IMG/VR virus record: IMGVR_UViG_3300009499_000148
Coordinates: 1-64,000 of that record
From: a virus
Strand: one strand, 5' to 3'
DNA length: 64,000 nt
Below the pieces are notes generated by a model. That model saw only the letters and a list, made by a program, of their open reading frames with translations. It made no database searches and had not been told where the DNA came from. Each line of letters begins with the position of its first letter. Within the stretch, counting starts at the first letter, position 1. The translations under genes and the position numbers were made by a program. Positions 49,228 to 58,320 of this stretch are shown piece by piece.

Positions 49228-49946
49228 ATGCTACCTGACATGAGACCGTCGATAAAACTGAACTCATACTCACCGACATGCTCATGAAGGAATGCAATCA
49301 GCTCTGTCGTCATCTCACTAGAAAGGTAGTTGCTGTCCCATTCACATGCATGATACATGACCTCGAGTGCATCATCACGCATGACCAATGGCTTCTGCGG
49401 AGGAGCACAGTGATACATCACATGTCTCAAAGATGCATAGGCACCGTCATACGTCTTCATCGCATAATCATCTGGGCTCAATGCAAACAACGTAAAGCCC
49501 CTATCGTGGAATGCACGCATCGCATCAGGGCTCATACGCCATGCAGGAGGCCTGATGATGGGCTTGAATGCATCGATGAGGCCGGCCTTGGTGACACCTT
49601 CGAACATCCCATCGATGACACACAATGCATCGTCGTAGCTCAGGTGCTGTAATTCATCATTATTTGACCTGCCCGGTATCCCATGATGAAGACCATGATA
49701 TGCAAGCTCATAGTTATTCTTGTCTAGACCACGCAACACATCACAGAAGTCGGGATGCTCATGAAGCCAAAGGGGTTCTGCTGTCGCCGTGTGCCCCACT
49801 GTTCTCCAGTATGCTATCGGGACGAACAGCGTGAACTTTACATCAGGAAATTCCTTGATGATGCGCTCACACTGCCGAAGCACACGTATTGATGACATCG
49901 GGTGTGGAGAAACATCGTCTATTGATATGTTCAGAGGTGTTGTCAT
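49224..49946 (-). CDS. Polysaccharide deacetylase family (DUF2334/CE4-like)
   Basis: ISIDDVSP, FTLFVP, ELAYHGLHH, IRPPAW and MYH. Confidence 0.82.
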   Translation of the reverse strand: MTTPLNISIDDVSPHPMSSIRVLRQCERIIKEFPDVKFTLFVPIAYWRTVGHTATAEPLWLHEHPDFCDVLRGLDKNNYELAYHGLHHGIPGRSNNDELQHLSYDDALCVIDGMFEGVTKAGLIDAFKPIIRPPAWRMSPDAMRAFHDRGFTLFALSPDDYAMKTYDGAYASLRHVMYHCAPPQKPLVMRDDALEVMYHACEWDSNYLSSEMTTELIAFLHEHVGEYEFSFIDGLMSGSM

Positions 49947-50809
49947 TTTTTGGGTCTTCCAAACGTCCACCCCAATTCAAGATACTTGTCGACTTCATCT
50001 ACTTTGACATGCTTATATCCAGACATCTCTGGATTCGACATTATCTTTCGACCTGAAAGACTTTCAGTCATTTTCTTTTTATTTTTAGGATTTGAGAATT
50101 GGCGCTTAGTTGCTATACGTTGCTTTTCTTTCGTTTCTGGATTTGACATCGCTAACTTTATTGCATCACTTCGACGTTTTTTAACGTCAGGCCTTGCATC
50201 AGTAACTTTTCTACGAAGTTTTCGATCGGCATCAGTCCACATTTTTCGAAGACCTTTGCTGCGATTTTCTTTTGCTTTTGGCGTCGACAAGCTTTCTTTA
50301 ACAGCTTTTGAATGACGCTCCTTTACGTCTGGTTTATTTAAAGCATTTTTTATCGCTACATTACGCTTTTCACGATTTTCAATACTAGCATTTGCCCATA
50401 CTGCTTTGCTAGCAGCTGATTGTCTAGCCTTTACTTCAGGTAATGCTAACGTTTCTTTCATTGAAAGGCTTAGTCGTAGTAATGCTTCTTCACTCAAAGA
50501 CGAGCCTCCAGCTAGTTTATTATAACCGTACCTTGAATCATTCGTTTTCCATAGTGCTATATGTTCAATTTCTCGTTTATCAAGCTCTTCTCTTGATGAA
50601 CATTCACAAACTAACTGCCACTTGAACCCGTTAAAGCCGTATTTCTTTAGAGCATTATCTAAATGAAGATTATGACCTTTCTTGCTATATCTCTTAGAGA
50701 GATATTTCAATAAATCAACTACTGCAACTCGATTTCTTGTTTGTCCAACATAACGTTTTTGATTTACAATGTTCGTTGCACAATAAATCACTCCATAAAC
50801 ATTAGACAT
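49943..50809 (-). CDS. GIY-YIG homing endonuclease with 17-aa helical repeats
   Basis: GVIYCATNIVNQKRYVGQT, ALKKYG, REIEHI and GYNKLAGG. Repeats PEVKARQS, PDVKERHS, PDVKKRRS and PETKEKQR. C-terminal YLELGWTFGR. Confidence 0.88.
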   Translation of the reverse strand: MSNVYGVIYCATNIVNQKRYVGQTRNRVAVVDLLKYLSKRYSKKGHNLHLDNALKKYGFNGFKWQLVCECSSREELDKREIEHIALWKTNDSRYGYNKLAGGSSLSEEALLRLSLSMKETLALPEVKARQSAASKAVWANASIENREKRNVAIKNALNKPDVKERHSKAVKESLSTPKAKENRSKGLRKMWTDADRKLRRKVTDARPDVKKRRSDAIKLAMSNPETKEKQRIATKRQFSNPKNKKKMTESLSGRKIMSNPEMSGYKHVKVDEVDKYLELGWTFGRPKK

Positions 50810-51755
50810 ACTTTTCAATTAACTCCACTAATGATTGACCAGCGCTTTTTCTAATATTATAAACAGGAAAATTTCCAGCATTGACACGATTTGCTAGTGT
50901 TGATAATGCTGTCTCGAACGACTCATTGAATGATTCTCCACAATTTCTGACATACTCTGGGATGCTTCCTCCATTCATATGATAAAGGATGGGAAGGCCA
51001 CAAGCCATCGCCTCTAGAACGTGGTTGGCGCCTGCCTCTTCCTCAGACGCTGTCACATACACATCATGCATCGGAAGAGACCTCGCAAGCTCATCGACGT
51101 CTAACACACCAGATGATGTGAATGTTGCCGTATCGGGTGCACGTCCGTAGAACGTGAACGTGTGCCCATTGTTCTTACACCACGCATCGAGCTCATTGTA
51201 GAACGCGAAGCCCTTCTTCGGGTTCATCGACCAATGATGCGTCACGAACCTGATGTTCTTCTGAGGAATTGGACGACTCACACGTCTATGTGCAAAGAAC
51301 GCTGGATTGGGTGAATTCCAAATGACAGCATAGTCATTCATCATCTTTCCTAGCTTGAAAAGACTGTCATTGACCATCGTGGAGCACCACTCACTTGGAA
51401 ATATCACGAAGTCAGACACGGGTGCAGTTCGAATGACGAGGTTTCTCAACTCTGGTTTCCCATGTGTTCCAATGTCTCCGACGCGCTGCACGATGAACGG
51501 TCGCTGTGATGCATTCGGGAAGATTGCCATGATTGCATCGTGTGAAAGCTCATCACTCGTTGCACCCTGTCGTGGGTCCATGCAGAAAATGACATCGACA
51601 CGTGCATCATCACGGAATGCATCTGATAATGAAAAGATGACATCATGACCAGCTGCACGTGCCTCATTGATGAATGACTGGAGGATGCGATTACCTCCTC
51701 CCCACGGGCCAGTGACCGGCTTGCGATTGCAGTATATCGTTAGTCTTGTTGTCAT
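50802..51755 (-). CDS. Glycosyltransferase, GT4
   Basis: GPWGGGN, HWSMNPKKG and YVTASEEEAGANHVLEAMACGLP. Confidence 0.9.
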   Translation of the reverse strand: MTTRLTIYCNRKPVTGPWGGGNRILQSFINEARAAGHDVIFSLSDAFRDDARVDVIFCMDPRQGATSDELSHDAIMAIFPNASQRPFIVQRVGDIGTHGKPELRNLVIRTAPVSDFVIFPSEWCSTMVNDSLFKLGKMMNDYAVIWNSPNPAFFAHRRVSRPIPQKNIRFVTHHWSMNPKKGFAFYNELDAWCKNNGHTFTFYGRAPDTATFTSSGVLDVDELARSLPMHDVYVTASEEEAGANHVLEAMACGLPILYHMNGGSIPEYVRNCGESFNESFETALSTLANRVNAGNFPVYNIRKSAGQSLVELIEKYV

Positions 51756-52849
51756 GATTGTGCTCGTTTTAATGCAGTGATGATTTTCTGACGTGCTAAA
51801 TCAACATCATCGTACGACCATACAATAATAACATTATATCCCATTTTTTCAAGCTCTAAAACCCTTCTTCTATCTACATCCCACTTTTCTGATGCAGAGT
51901 ACCCGAATCCTTTGACGATATCATCTGGCTTAAAGCGTAAAGGAGTTGCATGAACATGGTCGCCATAAAATTCAACAATGACTTTTTTTTCTTCATTGAG
52001 CTCATCGACGATTTTGCTTTTAACATGTTGCTCTGGTACAAACCCTAGCTCGTCCATTCCGATTAAGCTTCGCATTTTTTGATGAAGCTTTGAGAGACGA
52101 CATCCTGAACGGGACGTCTTTAAAAAGGCCTCAAGCTTTTCTGGATTATCTGCAAAATACTGTTTCATTTTGGCAGATATCTTCGCACGCTTTTCTGGTT
52201 TAGAGTTCGCTACCCTAGTCGCATCAGCATGATGTTTCTTTTTTTCGACATCAGAGTATGCTGCATTCACTGATGCTACTCTTTTTTCTCTAACATCAGG
52301 GCGATTTTGCGCTTCTTTTTGTGCATTGGAGCGCTTCTCTTTCATCTCTGGCGTTGCCATCATTTCTATCATTTTTTTATGATAGTCTTCATTTAACCAT
52401 AACAACTTAATTCTATTGCCGACTTTTTCTCGTCTAGTCGGGTCGTCGATATACACCTGTTTTTGTGCATCACTTCGTCGTTTTTTTACATCTGGACGAG
52501 CATTAGCTTCATCAATTGTGCGACGAAACTCATCAGAATTGTAGTACGCCTGTCGAGAAGCTCTCTTCTCAGGATTAGCATGTTGTTTTATGGCTGATAA
52601 GCTACGTTGCTTTCTAACCTCTGGCTGTGATGCATACGTTTTTGTAGCAATTCGTCTACGTTCTCTTGATGCTGGGTCGTGGTTTTTAATATGAATCGCT
52701 AGACCGTTGCTCGTCTTGAACAGCCTATCACAGATAGGGCACTTAACATCGATGTTCTGCATTGCATGCACATGCTTCATGTGAATGCGGAGCCCCTTTA
52801 AAGAAGAAAACTCTCTATTACATTTTTCACAGCACAGATTGGAGGACAT
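51752..52849 (-). CDS. Putative homing endonuclease: two C2H2 fingers, about 10 helical repeats and Vsr/DUF559-like nuclease
   Basis: CEKC..F..LRIHMKHVH and CPIC..F..LAIHIKNH. VDEL..IVEFYGDHVH..D..R..GYNVIIVW. SD GAGG before ATG 52849. Confidence 0.82.
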   Translation of the reverse strand: MSSNLCCEKCNREFSSLKGLRIHMKHVHAMQNIDVKCPICDRLFKTSNGLAIHIKNHDPASRERRRIATKTYASQPEVRKQRSLSAIKQHANPEKRASRQAYYNSDEFRRTIDEANARPDVKKRRSDAQKQVYIDDPTRREKVGNRIKLLWLNEDYHKKMIEMMATPEMKEKRSNAQKEAQNRPDVREKRVASVNAAYSDVEKKKHHADATRVANSKPEKRAKISAKMKQYFADNPEKLEAFLKTSRSGCRLSKLHQKMRSLIGMDELGFVPEQHVKSKIVDELNEEKKVIVEFYGDHVHATPLRFKPDDIVKGFGYSASEKWDVDRRRVLELEKMGYNVIIVWSYDDVDLARQKIITALKRAQS

Positions 52850-53726
52850 ATTCGTACCTCTCTGCGACGTATCCGATGTCGATGTTAGTGTCAAATCTGC
52901 CCTGTCTTACAAGAGAAAAGTCCATTTTCGGTGGGTTGTACAACTCACATGGTTTAAAGTCCCACTCATCTTCTAGAATTATTGTAGAGTCTAAACCAGC
53001 AATCTCTTCTGTGCCACCTGTGGATGAACAAATGATATGACAACCAGCGGCGCGCGCATCAACAACAATGTTCGGGCAATGGTCGATATACGCGCAATGG
53101 ATGAACGTGTCTGTCGCTCTCAACAGTGATATAAGCGCATCTCGCTCTAAATCTCCAGCATAGAACACACGCGTGTCTGCGATTCTAACGTCTGGGTCCT
53201 TACCCGCGATTATTAGAACGTCTTTCGGGCCTGAGTGCTCCATGAAATACCTGATATTCTCTCCAAGACGCTTATGCGGTCGCCATGCAGACGCGCACGT
53301 CCATACTTTCTCAACATCATGGAGCTCAGGAACGTGAAGGGCGTCGCATGACTGTATGGCTTCAACGTCGGTACCGTTGTGAATCACATGCATGTTCATG
53401 CGTGCTCCGAAGTAATTCTCAACCAAACGCCTATCAAACTCTGACTGCACAATCACGCCCTCAACCCTCTTATACGTATCCCGTATCGGTCTGTTGAGAA
53501 GCTGCCAATCCTGCGCACTGTTGAACCATATGCCATCGAGGCGTTGCACTATTGGAAGGCCCTCAAGACGTTGCGTCGCCTGGATGAACGAGAGCTGTAC
53601 ATCTGGTGACTCATGCTTCTCAACAACCGTGTGCCCTCTCATTGATAGAGCAGTCGCTATCTTGAGACCGAATCCATTCGGACCGCTTCTAGATTGAAGC
53701 TGCACATTGTCAAGCATGATACGCAT
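52827..53726 (-). CDS. Glycosyltransferase, GT4
   Basis: SGPNGF, QRLDG, VIHNG, WRPHKRL and DHCPNIVVDARAAG. TGATG overlap at 53726. Confidence 0.88.
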   Translation of the reverse strand: MRIMLDNVQLQSRSGPNGFGLKIATALSMRGHTVVEKHESPDVQLSFIQATQRLEGLPIVQRLDGIWFNSAQDWQLLNRPIRDTYKRVEGVIVQSEFDRRLVENYFGARMNMHVIHNGTDVEAIQSCDALHVPELHDVEKVWTCASAWRPHKRLGENIRYFMEHSGPKDVLIIAGKDPDVRIADTRVFYAGDLERDALISLLRATDTFIHCAYIDHCPNIVVDARAAGCHIICSSTGGTEEIAGLDSTIILEDEWDFKPCELYNPPKMDFSLVRQGRFDTNIDIGYVAERYEYVLQSVL

Positions 53727-54445
53727 CACTTTAAGAACCCTCTTGCTCTGACCAAATTGACTGTCGCAAGCTGTTTTCTCTCTGCCCAATCCCTATCATC
53801 AACAGAACAACTCCTGATGCGATACAGATAACACACATCTGGGATGTATTTTCTTACCTTCGCAACCGTCAATAGTGGCAACATGAGAGATTGATCGTAT
53901 CCCCTTTGAAACCACACACTCTTGTTATCCTTGAAGTTATCATCAGATATAGAGTTCAACAGACGAGCGTCGAACGTTCTGAGATGTGATGAGCACCACG
54001 GCCACTGATATGGATTAACGTTCTGTGGCATCTCCCTTGAGATGTTTATGTCATTGATGTCCCACCGGTGTGCTGTCCATGCCACGGTATCGGGCTGTGA
54101 GTGTGCATCCTTCACCAACCTGACGGTCTCAGTGTTGCAGAGCTGGTCATCGCCGTCAATGATTGCGATTATGTTTCTGTCTGCATCATTGTTGGCGATG
54201 ATTGTACGTGATGCATGAATGATGTTATAAAGAGCATACATCCTGCTTGACCCAAGAACGACAGCAATCCTACCATCAGACGCCATGGCCTCCTTTAGAG
54301 CATCTCTCGTGTCGTCAGTCGAACAATCGTCTATGAATAACGCAGACCAATCTGCGTCAGATTGCGCCTTCAACGATTGCACCAGGTCGTGGATGTTCGG
54401 AGCAGCATTATAGCATGGAATGATGAACGTTAACATATGTTTCAT
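53726..54445 (-). CDS. Glycosyltransferase, GT2 (GT-A)
   Basis: FIIPCYN, IDDCSTD and IIDGDD (DxD). SHLRTF. Confidence 0.9.
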   Translation of the reverse strand: MKHMLTFIIPCYNAAPNIHDLVQSLKAQSDADWSALFIDDCSTDDTRDALKEAMASDGRIAVVLGSSRMYALYNIIHASRTIIANNDADRNIIAIIDGDDQLCNTETVRLVKDAHSQPDTVAWTAHRWDINDINISREMPQNVNPYQWPWCSSHLRTFDARLLNSISDDNFKDNKSVWFQRGYDQSLMLPLLTVAKVRKYIPDVCYLYRIRSCSVDDRDWAERKQLATVNLVRARGFLK

Positions 54446-54449
54446 GATA

Positions 54450-54731
54450 TCATACATCATCTGATGTGAATTGAACAGGGTGTGCCGTGTCATCATTCGG
54501 TCCATAAAACACCCACGAAGTTCTCCACGCACGGGGGTCAGAAAACTCAACAATGTTACCGTCGGCTATTAAAAATACAAACCGTCTTACGTGCTTTTGA
54601 AGCACTCCTGCGTTGGTGTTGACATCGACCAATAACAGAATAGACAATTCATAATTGCTACGTGAATCCATGAATCCCGTGTAGACGAACAACGTTCCAA
54701 CTTCAAACACTGATGTGCTCATTCTTTGCAT
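54450..54731 (-). CDS. Small paralogue array member 8 (PGTLF family)
   Basis: FEVGTLFVY..ILLLVD..FVFL..DPRAWRTSW. Confidence 0.7.
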   Translation of the reverse strand: MQRMSTSVFEVGTLFVYTGFMDSRSNYELSILLLVDVNTNAGVLQKHVRRFVFLIADGNIVEFSDPRAWRTSWVFYGPNDDTAHPVQFTSDDV

Positions 54732-55021
54732 CTCTTCATCACATAAGACTTATAATCGTATAACGTCATCTCATCATGCCCAGGCTCATGAACAGTCCAG
54801 TTGATGATGTTGTACAGCCACGCAACCGGTTCTGGCAAATCATCATGATAATCTGGTTCTCCACCGCCATTTGACCAATCAATGACATCTAAAAACCGAT
54901 GATGACCATCTATTTCACCTACATAGAGACGATACATTGTTCTCATGCCAAGCCAACGTTCTGCTGACATGCTATCATCAACAATCATAATGAACAGCGT
55001 TCCTGGCACATACTCATTCAT
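54719..55021 (-). CDS. Small paralogue array member 7
   Basis: YVPGTLFIM..RLYVG..HRFL..EPVAW...NW. Confidence 0.7.
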   Translation of the reverse strand: MNEYVPGTLFIMIVDDSMSAERWLGMRTMYRLYVGEIDGHHRFLDVIDWSNGGGEPDYHDDLPEPVAWLYNIINWTVHEPGHDEMTLYDYKSYVMKRCKE

Positions 55022-55287
55022 ACATCACTGTTTATGACAAAAAGACTGGTACATTCACCGTTTAACGGACTGACAAGCCTCCAGTTCTTCGCGTTCCAAC
55101 TACGTGGGTTGTCAAGCTCAAAAACATCACCAAAAGAAGACAGAAAAAACATAGCGTTATCATTAACACTGACGAGAATAAATCTCTGCTTACACTTAGC
55201 AGTACATGAGCAGTAAAATAATGTTCCTGGAATGAATTGCTCTGCATCATCTAGAAATAAGTTTTTAAAGTTTTTCATTTGACTCAA
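55018..55287 (-). CDS. Small paralogue array member 6
   Basis: FIPGTLFYC..FILVS..MFFL..NPRSWNAKNW. Confidence 0.7.
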   Translation of the reverse strand: MSQMKNFKNLFLDDAEQFIPGTLFYCSCTAKCKQRFILVSVNDNAMFFLSSFGDVFELDNPRSWNAKNWRLVSPLNGECTSLFVINSDV

Positions 55288-55543
55288 CTGGACCCAAGAA
55301 TGTCGCTACTCCATCTGGAGAGACGATAAGCCACCCATTTGACCACATACCCACCCACATGTGTGGATTTACGACTGTTTCAAACATGACTGCACCGTTG
55401 TCATGTTTGCTATGTGAATGACTTAAAAAACGATACCACATTAAATTATCAGATTTAATTTCAAGGCTAACGAATAGACGAACCTCAACCTCCCATAAAT
55501 TCTGCTTTATTAACAGACAACCGGGATAGATGTTATTGCTCAT
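55265..55543 (-). CDS. Small paralogue array member 5
   Basis: IYPGCLLIK..RLFVS..YRFL..NPHMW...GW. Confidence 0.7.
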   Translation of the reverse strand: MSNNIYPGCLLIKQNLWEVEVRLFVSLEIKSDNLMWYRFLSHSHSKHDNGAVMFETVVNPHMWVGMWSNGWLIVSPDGVATFLGPVESNEKL

Positions 55544-55552
55544 ACCATCGCT

Positions 55553-55822
55553 CTATTTCGAAAACACCACAAGTTCATCTGAACATGATGAAAGCACATA
55601 CCATATGCCGGGCCACCAGCGAGGATGAATGTAATCATGCAGGTCGCATGTCGTGGCACCTGAGTCATAAACGAACGTTCTTAAAAAGAGATAACGTCCA
55701 TCAGACAGACTCGAAACAAAGAGAGCAGTGATATGCGATGCATATTGATGCGTCATATCGTCCATTTTTCTAATCAACAGCATACCTGGAGTAAGCGTCT
55801 GTATCATAGCATCAGTGACCAT
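55553..55822 (-). CDS. Small paralogue array member 4
   Basis: LTPGMLLIR..ALFVS..YLFL..HPRWWPGIW. Confidence 0.7.
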   Translation of the reverse strand: MVTDAMIQTLTPGMLLIRKMDDMTHQYASHITALFVSSLSDGRYLFLRTFVYDSGATTCDLHDYIHPRWWPGIWYVLSSCSDELVVFSK

Positions 55823-56138
55823 CTACGTCTCCCAATATCAGTTCATTGGTTGAACCGAGAAAAACGACCTTCGTTTCAGGTGCAAACACAGGATTCCATA
55901 ACGACACAACCTCGATTGATTCAACGTCGTGTGCACCGCTGGGTCTAACGCAGACATCCACCTCTAAGAACACGTACACATCACCAAATGGATGCTCATT
56001 GTCACGAATGCGATTCACCAACAATCGATACACTGTGCCTTGTCTCACATTCCGTTTGTTCCAAATCAGCAACGTTCCCAGAGGGATATTCACGTTTGAC
56101 AGAAACACATGTTCTCTCTTAAAAGCGGACATAATCAT
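55812..56138 (-). CDS. Small paralogue array member 3
   Basis: IPLGTLLIW..RLLVN..YVFL..WNPVF. Confidence 0.7.
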   Translation of the reverse strand: MIMSAFKREHVFLSNVNIPLGTLLIWNKRNVRQGTVYRLLVNRIRDNEHPFGDVYVFLEVDVCVRPSGAHDVESIEVVSLWNPVFAPETKVVFLGSTNELILGDVDGH

Positions 56139-56379
56139 TCAACCTAACAGGGTATGACTCCCCAACATTGATGAATGAAACATTTTTTTTGGATATCCAA
56201 AGATGAGGAGCATCGTAGCATGCTAAATAAGAAACGCCGTTAAACGTCTCTAAAAACTCATACTTGTTTTCAACAAACAAATCACCCATGACAACTCGTC
56301 GAATCAACAACAGAATCATGTTTGGTATGTCTTCAGATTGAGGTTCTACAAAAAACAGCGTCCCTGGCAACCACTCCAT
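56119..56379 (-). CDS. Small paralogue array member 2
   Basis: WLPGTLFFV..LLLIR..YEFL..APHLW. Confidence 0.7.
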   Translation of the reverse strand: MEWLPGTLFFVEPQSEDIPNMILLLIRRVVMGDLFVENKYEFLETFNGVSYLACYDAPHLWISKKNVSFINVGESYPVRLNDYVRF

Positions 56380-56387
56380 ACTGATGA

Positions 56388-56681
56388 TTATAGCACGACT
56401 TTAACATCCATTACAACGCTGTAGTATGCATCGTTGTACTCAGTCAAAGGCCTCTCTACATCATCCGGCTGTATGTAGCACCATGAACGTGAGTGCCAGT
56501 CTATCGGTGACGACTCAAATAGCTCACCATCGCCATCGAGAAACACGTATGACGAAGAGCTGCCAGGTGATTGTCGTATCAGAAGCAACGCTGCATGGCG
56601 GCGAGCCAACACAGAACGGAAATCTTTCCTAAAGAACAGCGTCCCTGGCTTAAAAAACTCATTCACAGACGTCTGCATCAA
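56388..56681 (-). CDS. Small paralogue array member 1
   Basis: FKPGTLFFR..LLLIR..YVFL..SPIDWHSRSW. Confidence 0.7.
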   Translation of the reverse strand: MMQTSVNEFFKPGTLFFRKDFRSVLARRHAALLLIRQSPGSSSSYVFLDGDGELFESSPIDWHSRSWCYIQPDDVERPLTEYNDAYYSVVMDVKVVL

Positions 56682-57897
56682 TTGAGAAGATGTTATCAGA
56701 AAGCAACCTAATCGCTCCTGTCGGTGATGACATCAGCTCTTCTGTCTGAAATGGTTTGAGCGTCTCTCTAACGGCGGCGTCCCTACGGGCCTTATACGCC
56801 TCGTGGTCAAGCGAACGAAGCGCGGCGTTCCCTGGGTCCTTGCACACTCGACATATCGGCGGCACAGACAGCGGGTTGGGAAGCCTCATTGAGTTGAACA
56901 CAGGATGATGCCACGCCCAAAACAGGTCATCATTTGTCATCTTGTCAATGTCTGCTATCATCGGGCTTATCCTGTTGCAGACAGCTAGCTCAGACTGTCC
57001 CTTTCGAAACGGGTCTGACTTGAACAGAAAGCTGCTGAACGGCTCATGGCATCCACCAGCATACGGCTTCTCATCAGTTGGGAATGCAGTCTTTCCACTC
57101 ACAACATCAAGCGCTGGGATGATTGACTGCTGCTGGTGCTTCTGCTCAACGATGAACTTCGGCTCTTTCGGGTCAAGCTGTAATCCAACACGAGCTGCCT
57201 CATCATAGACTGCTCTTAGAGTGTCATTCGTTAGCTTGACATCATCGTACAATGAGACATCTTCATCAAAGTCATTTGGAGACTTATAATAAAGATAGAC
57301 GGTCATCATATCAACACCAAGAGACTTCGCCATCCTCACTGCCGCGACTGCATCTACCTGATTCAAACGTCCAATCCCAAAGTTGATGTTCGTCCTCGTC
57401 GGCACACCCTTTCTTGCGGAGCAAAAATACCTGATGTTCTCAATCACACGCTCGAACCTGTTTTTATTGCCCGGGCCCATCACCCTAGCATAGACCTCAG
57501 GTGTCGCTGCATGCAATGAGAACGTCAATGAGACGGGTGCATGCGCAATGAGAAAATCAGACCTCTCTTTCGTTAGAAGAAGACCGTTCGTCGATAGGTC
57601 TATCACGATGTTCTTGTTGATGTCCCTTATCGTCCTGATGATGTCGTCGAACGTTGGCGCATATAGGGGCTCACCCAACCCAGTCCGACCACCGATATTC
57701 ACGACACGTGCAGAGCGCAACATCGACGTGAACGCTAGAACGTTCTCTACAGTCATGATGTTGCGTTGGTAGCTCTTTCCTATCTTATGAAGCTTCTCAT
57801 CGACGCCGTTGATTTCACAGAAACCACACCTATAATTGCATTGTGCGATTATGGGAAGAGAAATGAAGTCAGGTCTCATCTGTGTGTTCATAGTCAC
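56659..57897 (-). CDS. Radical SAM enzyme with SPASM/twitch-like C-terminus
   Basis: CNYRCGFC, GEP, STNG and FSLHAATPEVY. C-terminal CHEPF..VC..ICRVC. Confidence 0.9.
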   Translation of the reverse strand: MTMNTQMRPDFISLPIIAQCNYRCGFCEINGVDEKLHKIGKSYQRNIMTVENVLAFTSMLRSARVVNIGGRTGLGEPLYAPTFDDIIRTIRDINKNIVIDLSTNGLLLTKERSDFLIAHAPVSLTFSLHAATPEVYARVMGPGNKNRFERVIENIRYFCSARKGVPTRTNINFGIGRLNQVDAVAAVRMAKSLGVDMMTVYLYYKSPNDFDEDVSLYDDVKLTNDTLRAVYDEAARVGLQLDPKEPKFIVEQKHQQQSIIPALDVVSGKTAFPTDEKPYAGGCHEPFSSFLFKSDPFRKGQSELAVCNRISPMIADIDKMTNDDLFWAWHHPVFNSMRLPNPLSVPPICRVCKDPGNAALRSLDHEAYKARRDAAVRETLKPFQTEELMSSPTGAIRLLSDNIFSIDADVCE

Positions 57898-58283
57898 CGA
57901 CTTAGCTTAAATCGCTTCTTTAAAGCATCTCTAAGCATATTAATTTTATTTAAACGAGCTTCATGTTCTGGTGCTAGTTGATAATTACAGTGCTCACGAT
58001 GCATACCTTCAAAATCTTTAAGACTAAGTCCAACAGCTTCTTTACGAAGGGTTTCAAGATCTTTATCGTTGTGTGTATCTAAGCCTCTAATCTTAGATTG
58101 CTGGTTAGCAAAATTTTGATTAACAATATTATGATTTATACCACGTGGAGGTTTAAAGTTATCAATCCACTCTTCAAAAAACGCACAAATTTGAACAAGC
58201 GCTTGTCTTTTAGCTTCTTTTTTACCAACGTTAAATATGAAGCTAAAAATATCAAAAATATTAAAATGAAAAATGCTAAACAT
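57894..58283 (-). CDS. AT-rich inserted hypothetical protein
   Basis: 129 aa with a Phe/Ile-rich N-terminus, SD AGGA and very AT-rich DNA. Confidence 0.55.
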   Translation of the reverse strand: MFSIFHFNIFDIFSFIFNVGKKEAKRQALVQICAFFEEWIDNFKPPRGINHNIVNQNFANQQSKIRGLDTHNDKDLETLRKEAVGLSLKDFEGMHREHCNYQLAPEHEARLNKINMLRDALKKRFKLSR

Positions 58284-58320
58284 ATGTTCCTAAATTTCAA
58301 AAAATTCTAACTTCAATATA

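Noticed and set aside
54450-56681. Diversity-generating retroelement or invertible cassette behind the paralogue array
   Set aside because: No reverse transcriptase, recombinase or near-identical template/variable repeats. Divergence is spread throughout the genes.
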